A DNA stretch of 64,000 bases, from NCBI GenBank assembly GCA_003173855.1, contig PPGI01000008.1, forward strand, positions 10,119 to 74,118, given 5' to 3'. The notes below the pieces were generated by a model. That model did no database searches. It worked only from the letters and a program-made list of their open reading frames with translations, and had not been told where the DNA came from. The stretch comes from Candidatus Zambryskiibacteriota bacterium (GTDB taxonomy: Bacteria > Patescibacteriota > Minisyncoccia > Phycocordibacterales > DATDWN01). Position 1 is the first letter of the stretch, and every line of letters starts with the position of its first letter. Shown here piece by piece: positions 58,810 to 64,000 of this stretch. Position numbers and translations under genes: made by a program.

Positions 58810-59379
58810 ATGAAATCATTTCTTCCATTCGCCATGATTGCAATCTGTGTAGGTAGCTACTATATGTATATTTCACCTATGTGGTCTGATGTCGATAGTT
58901 TGATTGCCAAAAAGGCTGAATACGAAAATGTTCTTCTCAAAACGAAGGAAATTGCCCAAGAACGTGATGCGGCAATTGCTTCCTACAACAGCATTCCCCA
59001 AGAGGACCTGGATAAACTCAATAAGATTGTTCCAGAAACTTTTAATGAAGCTTTTGTAGCAAACACAATTAGTTCGCTTGCTGCAAAATATGGCATGTCT
59101 CTTTCTGAATTTAGTGCGAATCTACCTGTAACACAAGAAAGAACAGACGAAAATAGCACTGATACAACTAATGATAATAAATTGTACAAAACTGAAACTA
59201 TAAAATTAAAGCTGAAGGGACAATTTGGCCAATTTACAAATTTCCTAAATGATCTTGAGTCCAGCTTGCATCTAATGGACATCAAAAACATTGTAATTTC
59301 AGCAAATTCCGGTGGAAAAAATCCTAGTGATTTAAATATGGAATATGATTTAGATATAAATACATATTCTTTGAAATAA
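58810..59379 (+). CDS. PilO-like protein
   Basis: TM, coiled coil, FLNDLESSLHLMDI. Confidence 0.8.
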   Translation: MKSFLPFAMIAICVGSYYMYISPMWSDVDSLIAKKAEYENVLLKTKEIAQERDAAIASYNSIPQEDLDKLNKIVPETFNEAFVANTISSLAAKYGMSLSEFSANLPVTQERTDENSTDTTNDNKLYKTETIKLKLKGQFGQFTNFLNDLESSLHLMDIKNIVISANSGGKNPSDLNMEYDLDINTYSLK

Positions 59380-59380
59380 T

Positions 59381-59731
59381 ATGTCAAATTCATCTAAAAT
59401 TTTAATCGGAGTTCTCTTAATCGCAATCATTGGCGCCGCAGCATACTATTTCTTTTCTGGAAGCAATCAGTCAGATGCAAGTTCTACTCAAAGTGAAGTG
59501 GTTGGACAAGATATTTTGGTATTGGCGGAAAAATTGCAAACGCTTTCAATCGATCAAAGTGTTTTTACCGGCGCTGTCTTCGAGAGTCTAAGTGATCGCG
59601 ATGCGATTATCCAACCAGAAGCACAAGGAAGATTCAATCCATTTTCTAATATTGGTTCTGAGGCAGTTGGAGTTATTCCTCGACTGCCATACAAAACTTC
59701 AGCAAACGCTACGAGCACAACAACTCCGTAA
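59381..59731 (+). CDS. pilus-associated protein (PilP-like position)
   Basis: N-terminal TM, GRFNPF. Confidence 0.65.
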   Translation: MSNSSKILIGVLLIAIIGAAAYYFFSGSNQSDASSTQSEVVGQDILVLAEKLQTLSIDQSVFTGAVFESLSDRDAIIQPEAQGRFNPFSNIGSEAVGVIPRLPYKTSANATSTTTP

Positions 59732-59742
59732 GCTAAAATAAT

Positions 59743-61470
59743 ATGGATATTCTTGAAGCACTTGTACAAAAGGGCATACTGCCAAAACAAGAGGTAAAAA
59801 CTGTTACTGATGAAGCCGTTTCCTCGGGCCTTACATTGGAAGAAGTTTTAATTAAACGCGGAGTTTCCCCGTACGATATTTTGGCGGCCAAAGGAGAATT
59901 TTTTGATGTGCCTGTTAGAAACTTGGGTGAGGGAGTAGATATTCCGCGTAAAACTCTCGAATATATTCCAGAAGATTCAGCAACACATTACAGAGTAGTT
60001 CCGCTCGGTGTTAATGACGGAGTGCTAGAAGTTGGTATGACTGATCCGGATGATATCGAGGCAAGAGATGCACTCAATTTTATTTCAACAAAAATTGGAA
60101 TGCCTTTTAAGATTTTTTTGATTACTGAAGCTGATTTTAATAAAGTTCTAGCTCTTTACAAAGGACTAACTGGAGAAATTTCAAAATCACTTTCAGAAAT
60201 TGAACTTGAACTTAAAAATGAAATTACAGGTGATGAGGATAAAGACAAAGTTGATGACGATACTGCTCTTGGCCAAGGAAAAAATATTAAAGAAGATGCG
60301 CCTGTTACAAAAATCGTGGCCACAATTCTTCGTTATGCTACAGACGGCAACGCTTCTGATATTCACATTGAACCGCGACGAGACAATGTTCGAGTGAGAT
60401 TTCGTGTTGACGGCATTATGAATACTTCTCTTACTCTTCCATCAAAGGTACACTCGGCAGTGATCGCTCGTATAAAAATTCTCTGCAACATGAGGCTTGA
60501 TGAAAAAAGAAAACCTCAAGACGGCCGTTTTACAGCTCGAATTGAAGGCCGCAAAATTGATTTTCGTGTTTCAACATTTCCAACTTTTTTTGGTGAGAAA
60601 GTGGTGATGAGGCTTCTTGATCAGCAAAAAGGTGTTAAAAAATTGGATCAACTTGGACTTTCAGCTTCAAATCTTGAAACAATAAGAAAAGCAATAAATA
60701 AATCATACGGATTAATTTTAATTTCCGGTCCTACTGGATCAGGAAAAACTACTACGCTGTATTCAATGCTCAATGAAATGGATTTAGAACACCAGAATGT
60801 GCTTTCTCTTGAAGACCCAATTGAATACAACATTGATGGAATGTCGCAGTCTCAAGTTCAAGGGGATATCGGTTACACCTTTGCTTCAGGTTTGCGTACA
60901 ACACTTCGACAAGATCCTGACGTCATCATGGTGGGTGAGATTCGAGATAAGGAAACTGCGGAGCTGGCTATTCAAGCGGCCCTTACTGGCCATTTGGTGC
61001 TTTCAACAATTCACACGAACGGTGCTATCGGAGTTATTCCGCGATTAATTGATATGGGTATTGATCCATATTTAATTGCCCCAACACTTATTTTAGCAAT
61101 CGCTCAGCGTTTGACTCTAAGCCTTTGTGAGGGTGCCGGAACAGAAATGCCAATTGAAGGAAGCTTAAAATTGATGATTGATAAGCAATTTAGCGATTTA
61201 CCGCAAAAATATTTAAGCGAATTGGATTTTACAAAAGTTGTTTATAAGGCTAGCGGGACAAGTGATTGTCCGAGCGGCACTCGAGGAAGAATTGCCGTTA
61301 TGGAAGTGATGGAAATGGATAAGGATGTCGAAAATATAATATTAAAAAATCCAACAGAGCCTGAACTGACAAAATTGATGAGAACTAAGGGCATGCTCAT
61401 GATGAAAGAGGATGCCATTATAAAAGCCATGCATAGGCTGATTCCGTTCGAAGAGGTTAATATGTTATAA
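59743..61470 (+). CDS. pilB: type IV pilus assembly ATPase PilB
   Basis: N-terminal domain, SDIHIEP, GPTGSGKTT, LRQDPDVIMVGEIRD. Confidence 0.95.
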   Translation: MDILEALVQKGILPKQEVKTVTDEAVSSGLTLEEVLIKRGVSPYDILAAKGEFFDVPVRNLGEGVDIPRKTLEYIPEDSATHYRVVPLGVNDGVLEVGMTDPDDIEARDALNFISTKIGMPFKIFLITEADFNKVLALYKGLTGEISKSLSEIELELKNEITGDEDKDKVDDDTALGQGKNIKEDAPVTKIVATILRYATDGNASDIHIEPRRDNVRVRFRVDGIMNTSLTLPSKVHSAVIARIKILCNMRLDEKRKPQDGRFTARIEGRKIDFRVSTFPTFFGEKVVMRLLDQQKGVKKLDQLGLSASNLETIRKAINKSYGLILISGPTGSGKTTTLYSMLNEMDLEHQNVLSLEDPIEYNIDGMSQSQVQGDIGYTFASGLRTTLRQDPDVIMVGEIRDKETAELAIQAALTGHLVLSTIHTNGAIGVIPRLIDMGIDPYLIAPTLILAIAQRLTLSLCEGAGTEMPIEGSLKLMIDKQFSDLPQKYLSELDFTKVVYKASGTSDCPSGTRGRIAVMEVMEMDKDVENIILKNPTEPELTKLMRTKGMLMMKEDAIIKAMHRLIPFEEVNML

Positions 61471-61482
61471 TTTTAAATTAAT

Positions 61483-61869
61483 ATGACTGATAATCCACTG
61501 AAAATACTTTTGATTGATGATGACCGATTTCTTCTTGATATGTATTCGTTAAAATTTAAGAAATCAAATCTTGATGTCGACACTTCTTCTACAGCTCAGG
61601 CAGCACTTGGTAAAATTAAAGATGATGACAAATACGATATAATTCTTCTTGATATCATTATGCCTGGAATGGATGGCTTAGAGTTTCTAAAAAATTTAAG
61701 AGAACAAAAATTGGCAATGAAAGCTACAATTATAATGCTTACAAACCAAGCAGATGATTTTGAAAAAGCCAAAGCTTTTGATGTTGATGGCTATATTATA
61801 AAAGCAACGACAATTCCATCCGAAGTTGTTGAGCAAGTTCTTGCAATTTACAAAAATAAAAAAAGATAA
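61483..61869 (+). CDS. single-domain response regulator
   Basis: IDDD, LLDIIMP, MLTN, YIIK. Confidence 0.93.
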   Translation: MTDNPLKILLIDDDRFLLDMYSLKFKKSNLDVDTSSTAQAALGKIKDDDKYDIILLDIIMPGMDGLEFLKNLREQKLAMKATIIMLTNQADDFEKAKAFDVDGYIIKATTIPSEVVEQVLAIYKNKKR

Positions 61870-62933
61870 TGGCAGATTACAAGAAAATATTTGAAGATTT
61901 GATTGCAACAGTCTTGCGTGAAGATGCATCAGACCTTCACCTGGGGGAGGGACGACAACCAATACTTCGTGTCTCAAGTTTTCTCATTCCTTTAACAAAC
62001 CATCCAGCGCTTTCACGTACAGACTTAAAAGCAATGCTTGATGAATTGTTGGATCCTTCAAAAAAAGAAATTTTTTTAGAAAAAAAAGAAGTTGATTTTG
62101 CTTATAGCCACAATAACATGGAACGTTTTCGATGCAACGCTTTTTTCCAATCTGGAAAAATCGGCATTGCAATGAGATACATTCCTAAAAAAATAAAAAC
62201 TTTTGAGGAATTAAATCTTCCGCCAATTTTAAATACGTTCGTTAATAAACAGCAAGGGTTTTTCCTGGTTGTAGGTCCGACAGGACAGGGAAAATCGACA
62301 ACGCTAGCAGCTATGATTGATCGAATCAATGAACAGCGGCTAGAACATATTATTACTATAGAAGACCCGATTGAATATATTTTTGAATCGAAAAAATCAA
62401 TCATTGATCAACGTGAAGTGCTTCAAGATACTCCAGATTTCCATTCCGGACTTCAGGGAATGTTCCGGCAAGACGTTGATGTAATGATGATTGGTGAAAT
62501 GAGAAGTCCAGAAGATATTTCAACTGCCGTCACTGCGGCAGAAACCGGTCACTTAGTTTTTTCTACCTTGCATACTAACACTGCATCTCAAACTATTGAT
62601 CGTATTATTGACTCGTTTCAGGCTGGCCAACAAGAACAAATTAGTTTGCAGCTTTCAGCGAGTTTAATCGGCATTCTTTCACAGCGATTGATTCCGAGAA
62701 TTTCTGGAGGACTTATTCCAGCATGTGAACTGCTAATCAATACAACGGCAGTGGCAAATCTTATTCGAGACAAGCGAACACATGAGATCAATTCAATTAT
62801 TGAAACAAGTGCTGAAGCAGGCATGATTGACCTCAATCGATGTTTAACTGATCTCGTAAGAGCAGGTGAAATTACAATAGAGAATGCATATTTGTATTCT
62901 CAAAATCCAAAAGGATTAGAAAGAACACTTTAA
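61869..62933 (+). CDS. pilT: pilus retraction ATPase PilT
   Basis: ASDLHL, GPTGQGKSTT, AAETGHLV, AVANLIRD. Confidence 0.96.
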   Translation: MADYKKIFEDLIATVLREDASDLHLGEGRQPILRVSSFLIPLTNHPALSRTDLKAMLDELLDPSKKEIFLEKKEVDFAYSHNNMERFRCNAFFQSGKIGIAMRYIPKKIKTFEELNLPPILNTFVNKQQGFFLVVGPTGQGKSTTLAAMIDRINEQRLEHIITIEDPIEYIFESKKSIIDQREVLQDTPDFHSGLQGMFRQDVDVMMIGEMRSPEDISTAVTAAETGHLVFSTLHTNTASQTIDRIIDSFQAGQQEQISLQLSASLIGILSQRLIPRISGGLIPACELLINTTAVANLIRDKRTHEINSIIETSAEAGMIDLNRCLTDLVRAGEITIENAYLYSQNPKGLERTL

Positions 62934-62937
62934 AATT

Positions 62938-64000
62938 ATGATTTTCATTTATAAAGCAATCAATCCGAACGGTACGATAACTGAAGGTACAGTTGAGGCC
63001 ATTAATTCTGATGTTGCAATCAGCACACTTCAGAAAAAAGGTCTAACTATTTCACAAATCAAGGAAAAAGACGAAAAAAAATATCAGTTTAATTTTTCCT
63101 TTTTCAACAAAGTAACAAATAAAGATATTGTTTTAATTTCTCGCCAAATGTCTACTCTTTTCGAAGCGCAAGTTTCAGCACTTCGAGTCTTTAACTTAAT
63201 TGCAGCCCAAGTTGATAAGCCAATTCTAAAAAAGTACATAACGGAAGTATCAGACGATATTCAAGGCGGAAGTTCGATTTCAAACGCACTTGCCAAGCAT
63301 CCAGACGCTTTTTCGGATTTTTATGTGAGTATGGTCAAATCTGGGGAGGAATCCGGCAAACTTGATCAAACTTTTACATATTTGGCAGATTATCTTGATA
63401 GAACATACGAAGTTATTACAAAAGCCCGAAATGCCTTAATTTATCCATCATTTGTTATTGTCACTTTTTTGGGAGTGATGATTTTAATGTTTACAGTTAT
63501 TATTCCAAAAATTGCTGTAATGATTACTGATTCTGGTCAAGAAGTTCCTATTTATACAAAAATTGTTTTAGTTTTAAGCAGTTTTTTGGTTCATCAGGGT
63601 CTTTGGATTGCCGTGGGAGCAATATTTTTTGGATATAGTGTTCTGAAATACAGACATACTGAAGCTGGTGCAAAAAGAATTGATCAAATAATTTTAGATA
63701 TTCCTTACATCGGCGATTTGTATAAAAAATTATATTTGTCGCGTATTGCTGATAACCTAAACACGATGATTGTGAGTGGAATTCCCATTTTGCGAGCTCT
63801 TGAAATTACGTCGTCGGTTGTTGATAACTTAGTTTATAAAGAAGTAATCGAGAAAGCTCTAACAGATGTCAAAGGTGGTGCTCCGCTATCTTCTTCATTT
63901 GGACAATTTAAAGAAATTCCAAGCATTATGGTTCAAATGATAAAAGTGGGTGAGGAAACTGGACAATTGGGGAGTATTTTAAAAACTATGGCAAAATTTT
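62938..64000 (+). CDS. pilC: PilC platform protein, 3'-partial
   Basis: ATG 62938; GEESGKLD, NALIYP, GEETGQL; runs off the window. Confidence 0.93.
   Translation, partial: MIFIYKAINPNGTITEGTVEAINSDVAISTLQKKGLTISQIKEKDEKKYQFNFSFFNKVTNKDIVLISRQMSTLFEAQVSALRVFNLIAAQVDKPILKKYITEVSDDIQGGSSISNALAKHPDAFSDFYVSMVKSGEESGKLDQTFTYLADYLDRTYEVITKARNALIYPSFVIVTFLGVMILMFTVIIPKIAVMITDSGQEVPIYTKIVLVLSSFLVHQGLWIAVGAIFFGYSVLKYRHTEAGAKRIDQIILDIPYIGDLYKKLYLSRIADNLNTMIVSGIPILRALEITSSVVDNLVYKEVIEKALTDVKGGAPLSSSFGQFKEIPSIMVQMIKVGEETGQLGSILKTMAKF

Noticed and set aside
1586-62836. Many short ORFs overlapping conserved genes
   Set aside because: Antisense or out-of-frame shadows with no start signals or motifs

Overview
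AT-rich bacterial chromosome segment with the standard code (TGA used as stop). It is most consistent with a Patescibacteria/CPR (Parcubacteria-like) genome: rpmD/L30 is absent from the spc cluster, host genes mostly lack SD sites, tRNAs lack an encoded CCA, and type IV pilus genes are numerous. Content: the str-S10-spc ribosomal cluster (rpsL to secY-adk-map), broken into several promoter-led units by small orphan genes and long hairpins; ndk, a 6S-like RNA, a beta-CASP RNase, infC-rpmI-rplT, tmRNA-smpB, ftsH, tRNA-Ile(UAU) and recG; an island of secreted/surface proteins (frameshifted collagen-like gene, Ig-like protein, interrupted egghead-like glycosyltransferase, subtilase); and two type IV pilus/T2SS-like clusters with comF. 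The most unusual signals are non-coding. (1) A family of CCCG...CGGG palindromes whose right end supplies a functional site: an in-frame copy duplicating the GFT prepilin cleavage site, one at the tmRNA 5' end and one at the rpsJ -35. (2) A cassette-like array of ORFans separated by a repeated hairpin+TTGACATTTA junction inside the S10 operon. (3) Two families of rod-like hairpins placed directly after stop codons. (4) An orphan ~190-nt structured transcript with its own promoter and terminator. All calls come from reading the sequence by eye; no database search or folding program was run.
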